A stretch of DNA of 64,000 bases from positions 186,001 through 250,000 of the forward strand of contig NW_026782032.1 in the NCBI RefSeq assembly GCF_031769215.1. Reading direction: 5' to 3'. Made by a program: the position numbers and the translations under genes. The DNA comes from Ylistrum balloti. Taxonomy: Eukaryota. The notes beneath the pieces were generated by a model, which was not told the DNA's origin, did not search any database, and worked only from the letters and a program-made list of their open reading frames with translations. This document shows, piece after piece, positions 11,709 through 22,868 of the stretch. Numbering within the stretch: the first letter of the stretch is position 1; each line of letters begins with the position of its first letter.

Positions 11709-13064
11709 ATGGGTCGGAACAACGAATTTGCATCCGAAAACGACACCATCAACATTGAAGAACTAATTAAAAAGTACACATGGAAACGTTTTCTGAAAAC
11801 CAAACCGCTGCTGCGTCGTCCGTTCTACAGAAAAAGCTGTTTCACTATCGATTTCAACTGGGCATACCTAAATTTCAAACACAGAACCACTAAATTTGAC
11901 ATTCGGGAGGAATTTGTCAGCTCTCATGAAGCCAGATTAGCAACCGGAAATGATGACCCGAACCTCGTGCAACGTCAACAAGAAGGCACTGACGAAAAAC
12001 ATAACAAAAAAGTTCTCTACAAATCGAAGTACGTAAATGATACGCCATTCGACCAAATTCATAAAATCAACACGACACGTGAGACGAAAACATCTCTCAG
12101 TGTTGATATTCAGAACACTTTCACAAAGGGCCAAACTTGTGAAATCGGTCTGACAACACCCCCGCAATTTCCCGTCACAGTACAGGCGGGGTTTAGTAAA
12201 GAAGTGTCGATCAGCAACAGAAACGGAGAGTCATTTGAGGATACCGTGACCTGGGCGATCAACCATGACGTAAAGGTGGCTAAAGGGCATACTATGATCG
12301 CGACAATGTCTGTGTCACAAAAGAACAGAGTAGCCGAATTTGAAATTGAAACGACTATATCCATTTCGGATGGTAAAGACATGCCTATATTTGTACGACG
12401 TGTATCAGACAATTCGCAAGTTTATGTGGAGATGTTGAATGATCTTAAATTCGTATTTGAAAATGTGGCGGAGAGTAGTAAGTATGTCGCTCTTAAAAAA
12501 GAGGAAAAAGACCCAGGCAGAAATTTGCTGAGACAGAGTGTCGTCATTAAGACAAACGGCACGTGCAAAACTTTGTCGTGGAAGAAACATGACATCTACG
12601 TACGGAGTGTACCAACTTCAACTTTAAAATCTGAAAGAAACGAGGATAATTCGCCAGAGGTCGGCGACAGCGCGTCGACATTGTCAGATGTCGGAAACAG
12701 CGAGTCGACGTCATCTGAGGTTGGAAATATCGAGTCGACGTCGTCAGGGGTCGGAGATATCGAGTCGACGTCATCTGAGGTTGGAAATATTGAGTTGACG
12801 TCGTCAGGGGTCGGAGATAGCGAGTCGACGTCATCTGAGGTTGGAAATATTGAGTTGACGTCGTCAGAGGTCGGAGATAGCGAGTCGACGTCATATGAGG
12901 TTGGAAATATTGAGTCGACGTCGTCAGGGGTCGGAGATAGCGAGTCGACGTCATCTGAGGTTGGAAATATTGAGTCGACGTTGTCAGCAGTCGGGGATAG
13001 TGAGTGTCAAACGTCTGAAGCAATGTGTCATTTGAAGAAACCTGTTGATAATAATGACATTTGA
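11709..13064 (+). CDS. Aerolysin/ETX-MTX2-family (LIN-24-like) beta-pore-forming protein with C-terminal acidic Ser/Thr decapeptide repeats
   Basis: LYKSKYVNDT..DQIHKINTTRETKTS...TFTKGQTCEIGL..P...VQAGFSKEVSIS...FEDTVTWAINHDVKV..GHTMIATMSV matches the Ser/Thr-rich beta-strand pattern I recall for LIN-24/ETX-MTX2 proteins. No signal peptide. A splice acceptor (ttttgccag, ends 11699) just before ATG 11709 argues against ATG 11682. Confidence 0.75.
   Translation: MGRNNEFASENDTINIEELIKKYTWKRFLKTKPLLRRPFYRKSCFTIDFNWAYLNFKHRTTKFDIREEFVSSHEARLATGNDDPNLVQRQQEGTDEKHNKKVLYKSKYVNDTPFDQIHKINTTRETKTSLSVDIQNTFTKGQTCEIGLTTPPQFPVTVQAGFSKEVSISNRNGESFEDTVTWAINHDVKVAKGHTMIATMSVSQKNRVAEFEIETTISISDGKDMPIFVRRVSDNSQVYVEMLNDLKFVFENVAESSKYVALKKEEKDPGRNLLRQSVVIKTNGTCKTLSWKKHDIYVRSVPTSTLKSERNEDNSPEVGDSASTLSDVGNSESTSSEVGNIESTSSGVGDIESTSSEVGNIELTSSGVGDSESTSSEVGNIELTSSEVGDSESTSYEVGNIESTSSGVGDSESTSSEVGNIESTLSAVGDSECQTSEAMCHLKKPVDNNDI
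12654..13010 (+). repeat. Coding 30-bp tandem repeat (about 12 units, alternating A/B 60-bp dimer)
   Basis: tcatctgaggttggaaatattgagt(c/t)gacg alternates with tcgtcaggggtcggagatagcgagtcgacg, encoding SEVGNIESTS / SGVGDSESTS. Confidence 0.9.
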
Positions 13065-13802
13065 TATCACAAGACAGCGAATTCGACGCAGAACACTGTT
13101 CAGGGTTCTCGGAAACGAGGATGACGATAGCAGGATGTATTTTCTCACTTGATTTACCCATGGTTATAGATATGACTGAAGACACGAGTCCTTTCTAAAG
13201 AGAAAAGAAAAAAGATATTAGATAAAGGAGGCATATTCTTTAGAATTGGGGGAGATGGATCCGGAATCCAGGAACCTCCCCATAGATCCGGCTCCGGATT
13301 ACATTTGCATTAATGTTTATTAAATTTTGTGCAGACACCTCGGCAGTGTGGGTGTCATGTCCTTCACGACCCCAGGAAGCTGGAACAAGTAACCTAACAA
13401 TAATAATTAATAGACTGGCTTTGGAATTATGTCTTTTCTGCACTATGTCAATTACTGATAGATATATTTCATTCAATAACAAATAACTGACTCTTTATTA
13501 TAACGAAAGAGTAAAGAAGGGAGATAATCGGTATCATCCAAACATCATATTTACAGTTTTAATAAATAAATTACATCTTACAGTTGCTGTTGAATTTCTT
13601 TTCGAAACATTTCTTGTGTAGCTTTATTCGACACAATGGCGATATTTTGAATTTTCGTTCGGATTATTGTGATAGCTTATTGTCAGCGGCGTCTAAAAGA
13701 ATTTAACAATTCTATATTCTCATTTCAACAGAAAATAGTGCAATAATATATCGTTTTGACCAAGCCAAGTGCTTAATAACGATATTGCAAAAGTTATAAA
13801 TA

Positions 13803-13979
13803 AAAGTCGTACCTCATTAACTCAAAGTCGACTGGACTGTGCGGAAATTTCGAGTTATCCGAGTATTCGAGTGAAGTGAGTTCGAATATTAAGTGTGAAA
13901 TTTGGAAAGGGCCGATGAAACACTTCGAATTAAATAGGGTCCACGAGCTATGTTAATTCGAGATGTCGAGGTTCGACTG
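13803..13979. mobile_element. Degraded MITE of the cagtcgaacctcg-TIR family
   Basis: Left end aagtcgtacctcattaactc, right end ttcgagatgtcgaggttcgactg; same family as the cleaner copy at 51389. Confidence 0.6.
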
Positions 13980-14952
13980 AAGCTAAAATGTAATATCCAG
14001 GCGATTTAGTGCTCAAGATAATAAGTTCGAGGAAACTAATATAGAAAAAAACATTGTTTATCTCCTATAAGTACGGAATTCCTTTGGGGTCGCACATAAA
14101 TATTTTCATGTTGTGTACATGGGGTCTTCATCTTATTGGCACGGAGCTGATTATCTCGTGCACACTTGTTTTTTTCTTCTTGGCACGAGGTAATTACTCC
14201 GGGCTCATAAGAAGATAAAAACTTTTGTCCACGATATGTGTGTCCCCAAAGGGGTTCCGTATAAATGCGCCGACGTAATATACGCTCATAATGATGCACC
14301 CGTTATGAAGAGCCATGTCAAATTCCAGAAACTGTTAATAAATATCGACCACGAAACACTGATCAAAGTACATCATGGGTGACACAGGAGTTAATCGACC
14401 ATTTCACTAACAGACAAGTTCGAGAATAAGTAAAGACCCATCACACACAATTGCCATAATACTTGGCCTTACAGGTTTCATCAATACAACAATAGATCTC
14501 AAATGAGATTTCTAAATGTGTATGCATTGATTCAGTACTTCTACGTCCATTGATGTATTAGCGAGGACCGTCGATAATTATAAGCTCAAAAAGATCAAAA
14601 TACTTCGCTCACAAAGAAAGGCTTTTAGTGGTCATATTCATTGCCGAACATTTCTGAAATAAAACGTCACGTGAACAAATATTATATATTTGTTAGACAA
14701 ACATATTCCCGATAAAGACATACATGTTAATAAAACTAACAATGGCTACTTCCGTTATTTCTCTGTTTTTTACCGATCGGCAAATTGATTTATTGTTCCG
14801 CCTACATAGGGACGAAACTGTTGAAATATCAGGTATAACTGGCAGAGAGTATCATCCGTCCTAAAGCTGCAGGTGGTGTGACTTCCCATTGTACAATACA
14901 TCAGTCGTAAAGTTGTTTATCCAGGTGTCTCGGTGCTACATAAGAATACGTT

Positions 14953-16161
14953 ATGGGTGATTGGTGTCTTCTGCTCTTTGTCTTGGCGGGAACGTGTGTA
15001 TCAAACATCCATAGTTCATCAGAAAAACAACTCCTAAATGACCTGTTTCTTACTTATGACAACAGAGCTCTACCTGTTCTCAACAGAAGTCATGCTGTTC
15101 ACGTTAAACTGGCATTTTATCTCGACACCATTCGAGATCTTGACGAGAAAAACCAAGTGTTGACACTGAAAGGATACTTTATGCTTGCCTGGACTGACCA
15201 GTTCCTCGTATGGAACGCGACACAGTATGATAACATTGCATTAACCACGGTACGGTTAAAAGATATCTGGCTTCCTGATATCGGAATTTACAACAGCATA
15301 AACTCCTTCGAAACTATATTAGACAGTGAATCTAACATTGGAGTTCCTTCTAACGGTAACTTAGCTTTAGCGCCAGGTAAGGACTTTTCTATACTCTGTG
15401 AGGTTTCTGTTTGGAATTACCCATTTGATACTCAGGCGTGTGTGATGAGGGTGGGCCCTAAGTTCACGCATAATTCAATGCAAACAATCACACAATTGTC
15501 TGATAAAATGGATTTCTCATTCATGCGTGAAAACTCGGAATGGAAAATAATTTCTTCCGGAATCAAATGTTACGTGTTAAGAACCTCTCCAATGTGTGTG
15601 CTTAATGTGACGATTCAGAGAAGATCTGAACACTTTATACTACATTTGGTGACACCGGTCATACTGCTGTCAATCATGAACCCTATGACTTTCCTTATTC
15701 CCCCTTTGTCCGGCGAGCGTCTGTCATTTGGAATGGCGTTGTTCCTCAGTTTTTCATTCTTTATTAGCTCAATTTTGGATGATCTACCGGTGGCTCTCAA
15801 CGAAACCTGCTATTTTACATTATTCGTACAATGCATATTTTGTCTTGGTGGTGTGCAGTGTTGTATAAGTTGTGTGATTACGCGGCTAAGTTTTAGGTCT
15901 TGTGATCACCAAGTCCCTCATTGGATACTTCGAGTACTTTGTATATCATGGGACGTGTCAAAACGGACTCAGGACAGAAAAAATGACGATGTAAAGCCGT
16001 GTGTGACAAATGACGTCAGAAATGACGTCATAGTTGAAGGTCGCATCAAAGCCTTTACCTGGACAGAGGTGATGCTGAAGCTAGACCTCGTGATGTTTAT
16101 AGTGTTTAATGTCCTCACATTTGTTACCATCACAACGGTACTCATTATGATTGTACCATAG
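14953..16161 (+). CDS. Intronless Cys-loop channel subunit, nAChR-like non-alpha (copy 2)
   Basis: 402 aa with signal peptide (MGDWCLLLFVLAGTCVS), EKQLLNDLF..YDNRALPV, WTDQFLVWN, WLPDIGIYNS, Cys-loop CEVSVWNYPFDTQAC, GERLSFG at M2, LP in the M2-M3 loop and WTEVMLKLDLVMF before M4. No vicinal CC. Confidence 0.95.
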   Translation: MGDWCLLLFVLAGTCVSNIHSSSEKQLLNDLFLTYDNRALPVLNRSHAVHVKLAFYLDTIRDLDEKNQVLTLKGYFMLAWTDQFLVWNATQYDNIALTTVRLKDIWLPDIGIYNSINSFETILDSESNIGVPSNGNLALAPGKDFSILCEVSVWNYPFDTQACVMRVGPKFTHNSMQTITQLSDKMDFSFMRENSEWKIISSGIKCYVLRTSPMCVLNVTIQRRSEHFILHLVTPVILLSIMNPMTFLIPPLSGERLSFGMALFLSFSFFISSILDDLPVALNETCYFTLFVQCIFCLGGVQCCISCVITRLSFRSCDHQVPHWILRVLCISWDVSKRTQDRKNDDVKPCVTNDVRNDVIVEGRIKAFTWTEVMLKLDLVMFIVFNVLTFVTITTVLIMIVP

Positions 16162-16575
16162 GATAATACCTGTTTAGACATGTAACTCAAGCACACCCAT
16201 GAATATTTCTCTGTACTTAATTGCTCACTTTAGCAAAATATGAAATACTTTTCTAATTACACAAAGCATGGAAACCCACCTTTCAAACACAGAGGCATAC
16301 CGTAAGGGATGTCTTGATCTCCAATCACCATGTTCAGTGGTACCTAATTTTATTCTTTCGTAAACAATTGCAGGGCTTTCTACTCCAGCTGCAAGAAGAG
16401 GTCATCTTAATATTCTTGTATTTTTTCAAAAGTAGAAATCAGTATGAAAGGTTCTTTCCCGTGCCATTATGTGCACTGAAATTATTTATGTTTAACAGTT
16501 TTTTTTAAAGATTGTACACAAGACATACAAGACATCAACATTAGATACTGTACACCGAAACAGTTAATTAAACTT

Positions 16576-16617
16576 ATCACACAGCTGTTTCGTCCTTCCG
16601 GGACTCGTAGGCGATGC
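16576..16617 (-). ncRNA. Hammerhead ribozyme motif, minimal type I, family A (degenerate)
   Basis: Minus strand: catcgc CTACGA GTCC cggaa GGAC GAAAC AGCT GT G TGAT. Perfect stem II and palindromic stem III, but the CUGACGA core is damaged and the triplet is GUG. Confidence 0.65.
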
Positions 16618-17019
16618 TAAGGGTCTAGCTTCTGAAGCCTAGGAGGCGACTGAGCATTCAGGTTACGGCAAATCTCCGACTGAAAACTACCAACACCTGC
16701 AATCTCGAAGATTGTACAAAAGACACACATATTATTACAAATTTTCAGTTTTTTTTGTTTATTCTTTTTATCGGACAGAACTGACACAGCATACAAAAAA
16801 GGTGTTATGATATCACTTGTCAACCTTAAATCATGAAACTATTGGGAACAAAATTTATGACTCGCCGCCATTTGTAATAATTTGTGTAACACTTGCTGCA
16901 AAATATCAATTGCATACAGGAACGACAACAAAATTGTTCAAAAAGACACATAAATGAACAGTACCTTTTAAAACAAATAAGGGTTTAGATATCACAGAGC
17001 CAAACAATGAATTAAACTG

Positions 17020-17062
17020 CATCATACAGCTGTTTCTTCCCTCTAGGACTCGTCAGTGATAC
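17020..17062 (-). ncRNA. Hammerhead ribozyme motif, minimal type I, family A (near intact)
   Basis: Minus strand: ATCA CTGACGA GTCC taga GGAA GAAAC AGCT GT A TGAT. Stem I atca/tgat, intact CUGANGA and GAAA cores, GUA triplet; one mismatch at the G10.1-C11.1 pair. Confidence 0.75.
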
Positions 17063-17628
17063 TATGGGCCGAATTTAGGAAGAACATTTATATTATAAAA
17101 TCTATATGGGGCAATGCACTAACACCATTCAATAAATTTAATAATTTTCATGTCTGATAAGAACGTCATGTACGCGTGTATATTCTAAACCATTCGAATC
17201 AAATCATTCGAGTGAAAAAAACCCGTGACATGTAGGTTATTTATTTATTGACGTATGTCGATAAATATAAAATGTGTTCATTATCTTTCATTTGTTACTC
17301 TTACGGAATTCATTATTCATTCTGTTGATTCGCTTTTTCTTTTTCTAAGATACAACAGATAAATAAAGATAAAATGGATTGAATGGCATAAATACTACAA
17401 AATACAAAAATAGTCTCTAAAACCGTGTGTTTGTTCCAAATTCCCGTATTCCATGTTAATACAGTGAATGACCAAGAGCAAAGCAAAACCAAATTCACTC
17501 ATTTCTGAATTTAATAACCTTTGCTAGAATATTCTTGATGCTCGTTTTCCTAATTTCGGATCAAATTGTACAAAACATCCATACTTATCATATCTATTAA
17601 GTATTTCTTTGTTTTCCAGATCTTTGAC

Positions 17629-18391
17629 CAGCGTTACTGCTGACAGACTACAGAGTTTTGGACATAGTTTATAATGAAAATAATTCTTCATTTACCTTCA
17701 AGTCTGTAAAGATTCTGTTGATTCACCTTAAGTCAAAGATAAAACAGAAGAATAAAATGGAAAAAAATAAATACTATAGAATACTAAATATTCCCTTAAA
17801 TTGTATACTTATTCCAAATCCTGTATTCTATGCTAACAGAATGACTAATAGGAAAGCAAAATCACGTTAATTCATTTCTTAATTATTCAATCTCCGCTAA
17901 AGTATTATCGATATGTATTTATCAAATTTTATTGTACAAGAAACTTCCATATCTATTAATTTTCATATCTGTTATTTTTGTATTGTTTAAATAGATATTA
18001 TTATATTTGATTTACTTAATATGTAGAAATTAAATTTGAATTTGATGTATATTCGTTATATATCTTGACACATTTGAACTTTGTATGACACAAGAAAGAA
18101 GGATACTACGGCGACGACTGAAGAAAGGGGTCTGACACAGTTCTGGCGTGTTTGTCGTATACAGTTAAAAGGAAATCTAATAGTTCTGTATCCTTGCTGG
18201 CAAAACTGAATAAGCAATATCATTGAGACGTTTGTTTCTGTTGAAAAAAAGCATTGTACTTTCAGCAATCGTTCTATTACTAACATCTCCTTGTTTTATA
18301 AATGTCTGATCAGCGTTTATGTTGACAGACTACAGAGCTTTAAACATGTTTATAATAAAAATAGTTCTTCATTCACGTTCAAGTCTGTAAA
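17629..18391 (+). repeat. Dispersed imperfect direct repeat of about 80 bp (17629-17710 and 18311-18391)
   Basis: cagcgtt..tg(c/t)tgacagactacagag...tttataat.aaaata.ttcttcatt.ac.ttcaagtctgtaaa present twice. Confidence 0.75.
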
Positions 18392-18944
18392 CATTGAAAT
18401 AGCTGATTAAGGTATTTATCGTTGAAACTTTGATGACGTCCAGGTACAGAGTATGAATAAAAAAGTAAGTACATCTTCTACAATCGGATGAAAGAACATT
18501 TGAATTTCGTAAGCAATGTAGATATTAAACAATACTAAACAGTCTATGAAACGTTCCTTTACACCTGGGAATTGAATATTAATTTCGAATATTGAAATTA
18601 CGAACTTCATAGTCCATTTCATACAGACCTTTACATTTGTCCCAGAGATGTCAGAATTAGTATGGACATTTGTAATTCATTTTCACTCAGGAAAACAAAA
18701 CAGATTACTCTTTATTTATCCCTAAACTTCTTCAGTTTATTCAAGTATAGTTACGGATATACATGTTGGACAGGTGTTGAGAACTATAAGAGACACTCAT
18801 CTTCACTCTGGTTTGCCGAATGGCATTGGTCTGTGTACTGGAATATCTGACGAATGTGTGGTATGTATTTTCATGTGATAAAGAACTATTGAAGGAATAA
18901 TAAGCATAAGGATGATGGTCGGATGACGTACTGGTAATGTATTG

Positions 18945-19075
18945 TCTTTCACCTGACGTACGGGTTTGATTCCCCGATCGAACGTGAACAAAGATGGAGG
19001 CCACCCGTCCGACCACGTGCGTTTTCCCAGGATACTCCAATTTCCTCCCGCACTTCCATCCGGGTCAAAAACAGC
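18945..19075 (+). mobile_element. Degenerate tRNA-derived SINE (V/Meta-type core)
   Basis: B-box-like cgggtttgattcccc followed by ccgaccacgtgcgttttcccaggatactccaatttcctcccgca, resembling the GGTTTTCTCCGGGTACTCCGGTTTCCTCCCAC core of metazoan V/Meta SINEs. Confidence 0.5.
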
Positions 19076-21529
19076 TTTTCATATAAGCTTAAAGATTGTT
19101 TTGCATATGTTGTGAAATAAATAAAATTTATATTTATGAGTATTATGGATATTTTAGTTTCTATTGTATCAAACACATTATAATGACATAAAACAGCAAA
19201 TACAAATTTTATTTCAATTCCGCATCATAAATTTTACCTGAAAGCATTGAACGATAAAGAAAATAAATAAAATAAACTGGAACAGTAAATTAGCATATTG
19301 AAAGGTTAGTTAAAAGATCATGCTTTGAAAACATGACATTTTTTATTGTTGTTGTTGTCAAGATTGTAAGATATAAAGTTTTTATTAAGTTACAAAGTAT
19401 TGGAGACCTATGATTTCGATAATTTCAAATCAGTTCAATGATGCCGTTACGGTATTATATAGTTTTCTCACAACAAAACAAAATGGTTATCCCCCTTCTT
19501 CTTAATACCAATCATTTATTCACAAGCAATTGAATCCTTGAAGACACAACAGCATTTTCTGTATATACTATAAACACCTATAGTTACCTCCAGCATCAGC
19601 AACAGGAACAGTTTACCTATAAAACGTGATAATCTTTATTAACTTATATCTCAAGCCCAGCGCGTCATCCCTCTTTTATTCAGGAATCTCCGTGTAAGTC
19701 TTTAGTTTGTTTTTATCTTTAAAAAGTTCCATTGATTTTAAGTTTGAATTTTCATTATTTTAGTCTATACGTCTGCTATCAACATACAGCGAGAATTTTT
19801 GATATTATGAATACATCATTGTCTATATATGGAAAATTCCTAACTTATACTCTAATTTCTTGTAATAGTGTTTTAACTTCCCTGTTTTATAAATCAGTGA
19901 TTTTTGGAAGACGGACATTTTGAAATGGTATGTTTTACCAAATTTAGGCTATGGAAATAGATAAATATTTTATCAATATTTTAAACTTGACTTTTCCTCG
20001 CCACAGACAACTCAGAGCCCTGAAGTCGCCATGATTTGACTTGTCAAAAGCTAGAAATTCTGTGCGTTACGATTTATCAAGAGAAAACAAAATTGATCAG
20101 TTTAAACTTTCTGGAAGAGATTATTTTACCAACTGATATCAACCTGATATAGCTATATCTATATTAAGCACAAACAGCGATTGAAAACTGTTTTGACGAT
20201 CTTTCGAAAACGTCTGTTTCCCTTGATCAAGCAAAAATTCCAATTACCGAGTCTCGACGAAAATGAACTATTCGGCGACAGGACGAAAGTGTAAAGTCAA
20301 AGCGCATTTTCGTCTCTATATCAATCTGGCTGTAAAAATGGATAATTTAGATGACGCAGCTGTTGTCCACTTCGTCTACTGTTTTCCTGCAGATAAACAT
20401 CTCCTTATCGTGCCCATTGTTACGTGATTACAGAGTGTCTGCGTGTTAGAATCTTTGATGTTTGATCATTTGACAAATTCGTTTTTTCATTAAAAAACGA
20501 AAGGTTTAGTAATATCCCTTGAAAATATTCGAATGACATGATTGTGTCTGACGCTTCTGATAATAATCGGACCTTGTAGTTATGTCATATAAGATACACT
20601 ACAGCACGTTCAGAATAACTGCCTTTCAAATCAGATCCTAAACCAAAGTTTTCTCGAATTTTAGCGATTTTAAAAATCTCTCAGCCCTAATAATTTCTGG
20701 AAAATTTGCAGCGGGGGAATTTCAAGTACCAATTCATCATTACACTATGAATAGAATCTGTTACGATAGACACAAGAGAAAGGTAGCTAATATCAAAAAT
20801 AAATTTCTTTTATTCAAACCCCTAATTTTTCCAAGATTTGAAAAAAAAGATCTGTTGATAATGTTACTAGATAGTCCATTACCTCGGAGATTCCTCCCGT
20901 TAAGAGTCAGTCAAAACTGTGTGACGTATTTTTTATATTCAAAATAAGCAGACACTATATTTGAAATATAAAAATACTTTAGTTATCTTAAATTTAATCT
21001 TCAATATACAAGTTTCATTTACGCGTTTACCATAAATCAGAAATACGTAGGACTACAAATAAAGAAAAACAAAATCCGAAGATTGAAACTTATAACGAAA
21101 CCTTATTCGGAAATGACTAACTCGAAAGAAAGTTATTGTCAGGAACGCCTAGAAAATATCCTTTGATAAACAAGATACGTGTATGAAATGAATTAGAAAG
21201 CATTGTTGCAAAACACTACAATAATGTATATCGGTATGCAACTAGAGAGACAAATACCACAATAAGATAAAAATAGATATAATATATTTCATAGAGTTGT
21301 AAGAAAATTGATATACCATAAAACAAAACATGGTTATTCTTTCAACGATTTATTAAAATTTCTGTTAAGAAAAAAGTAACATATTTCAAGTTGTCATAGT
21401 TTTCATATACAACACTGTACAACAAACATATCAATTTTACATTATTATAACTATTTTTATTCCTTATATACCAATGTACTATATACAAGTAAATCTATAT
21501 TAACGGATTTATTCAAACATGAAACACTT

Positions 21530-22771
21530 TTAAAAAGTCTCTGTGAGATATGTAATAAGAATCAATGATTTTATAACAATGAAAAATAAAAAACAGATCA
21601 TGTTTAACTTAGATCCTAAGGCCATCCAATCAAAATCTACGTTTTCACAAGGTCGTTCATCAGTCTTGATATTTTTGGCTATATCACCTTCATTATCTCC
21701 TTTAGATAATTCCTCTACGATGATGACCGGATCAGGGTAAATTTTTCTATTCTGTTTCTGTGTGAGGAAAAGGATTTTTTCAAGCTTCATCCACCAACTT
21801 TTTTCACTAACATGCTTTGTTCTTGCAGCAAGACGTAGAGTGATATTTGACACACATAGCTCCAGCCCTCCTATGCAGAATTGCACTATCAGATAAACTG
21901 TCAGAAGACATGTTTCAGTTGAGGTCACAGGAAGTGATTCCTTTACGGGTCCAATGAATACAGCAAAGGCTAGGAATATTGCTACCCCGAATGAAGTGTT
22001 CTCTCCTGAATTGATAGGAATCACGAATATAAAACAGTTCATGTATGACAAAAGTACAAGTGGTATAAGCGTGTGAACGATCTGATAAAATGGCCGCCTT
22101 TTTATCTCTATATTGAATGACACACGAGAGTTATACGACGGTGGAATCGTGCTCACTGATGTCGATGACCCAAGAAATTCCCATTCTGTGTTCAGCTCTT
22201 TAGAAACCACGGCTATATCATCCCTTACCGAACTAAATATTTGTTCGGTAGGTCCTCTGAGCCATGATATAAGACTTATGTCGCATTCCTGTTTGTCGAA
22301 TGGATATTTTCGAACTGAGATTGGACATGATGTTGCCATTGATACATCCGGACACCAATTCACTGTTCCATCAGGAAGGATCTGAGCACCAGATATGCTT
22401 TTAACTATAGCATTTCTGTCATCATTAGAATTCAAGATAGTCACGGCGGGAAGCCAAATCATAGAGGGACTCACAATTATACTAGAGACTTGATATTCAC
22501 TCTCATTCCATACTAAAAGTTCATTCTTCCAAGAAAAAGAAAACCATCCCCGTGTTAGTATCTCTTGACTTTCCTCTGTAACTTCAAACGACATCAGAAA
22601 GTAAGAGGCAGCAATGACAACGGGAGCATTGGGATCTGTCACGGGTCTGGCATGTTTGTTGTAACCGGGATCGTTAAAGAGATGGTTCAGCAGATCTGTT
22701 TCCGTGTTGGTAACACCAAACGCTAAGTCAAAAACCCACAACAGAACGAGCAATACCAACGACACGTTCAT
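21530..22771 (-). CDS. Intronless Cys-loop channel subunit, nAChR-like non-alpha (copy 3)
   Basis: 413 aa with signal peptide (MNVSLVLLVLLWVFDLAFG), ETDLLNHLF...YNKHARPV, WKNELLVWN, Cys-loop CPISVRKYPFDKQEC, loop-B SW retained, IKRRP pre-M1, GENTSFG and four TM segments. No vicinal CC. Confidence 0.95.
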   Translation of the reverse strand: MNVSLVLLVLLWVFDLAFGVTNTETDLLNHLFNDPGYNKHARPVTDPNAPVVIAASYFLMSFEVTEESQEILTRGWFSFSWKNELLVWNESEYQVSSIIVSPSMIWLPAVTILNSNDDRNAIVKSISGAQILPDGTVNWCPDVSMATSCPISVRKYPFDKQECDISLISWLRGPTEQIFSSVRDDIAVVSKELNTEWEFLGSSTSVSTIPPSYNSRVSFNIEIKRRPFYQIVHTLIPLVLLSYMNCFIFVIPINSGENTSFGVAIFLAFAVFIGPVKESLPVTSTETCLLTVYLIVQFCIGGLELCVSNITLRLAARTKHVSEKSWWMKLEKILFLTQKQNRKIYPDPVIIVEELSKGDNEGDIAKNIKTDERPCENVDFDWMALGSKLNMICFLFFIVIKSLILITYLTETF

Positions 22772-22852
22772 GTCTTCTGTGAATGGTATGGTACGTCAAG
22801 GACTCGTCCAACTGTTCTCAAAGCGTTAGAAGTGACACACTACTGTGGTTTG

Positions 22853-22868
22853 ACTTTATATATATATA
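22853..22868 (-). promoter_or_regulatory. Candidate TATA box for receptor copy 3
   Basis: Minus-strand TATATATATAAAG about 85 nt upstream of ATG 22771; could simply be an AT microsatellite. Confidence 0.3.

Noticed and set aside
12547-13185. 212-aa minus-strand ORF with MTSTRYLRPLTTSTQYFQP repeats
   Set aside because: It is the antisense shadow of the coding repeat in the pore-forming gene.
20240-20300. Hammerhead-like cgagtctcgacgaaa and ggacgaaag
   Set aside because: The CUGANGA core, stem III and stem I cannot be formed, and there is no family flank similarity.
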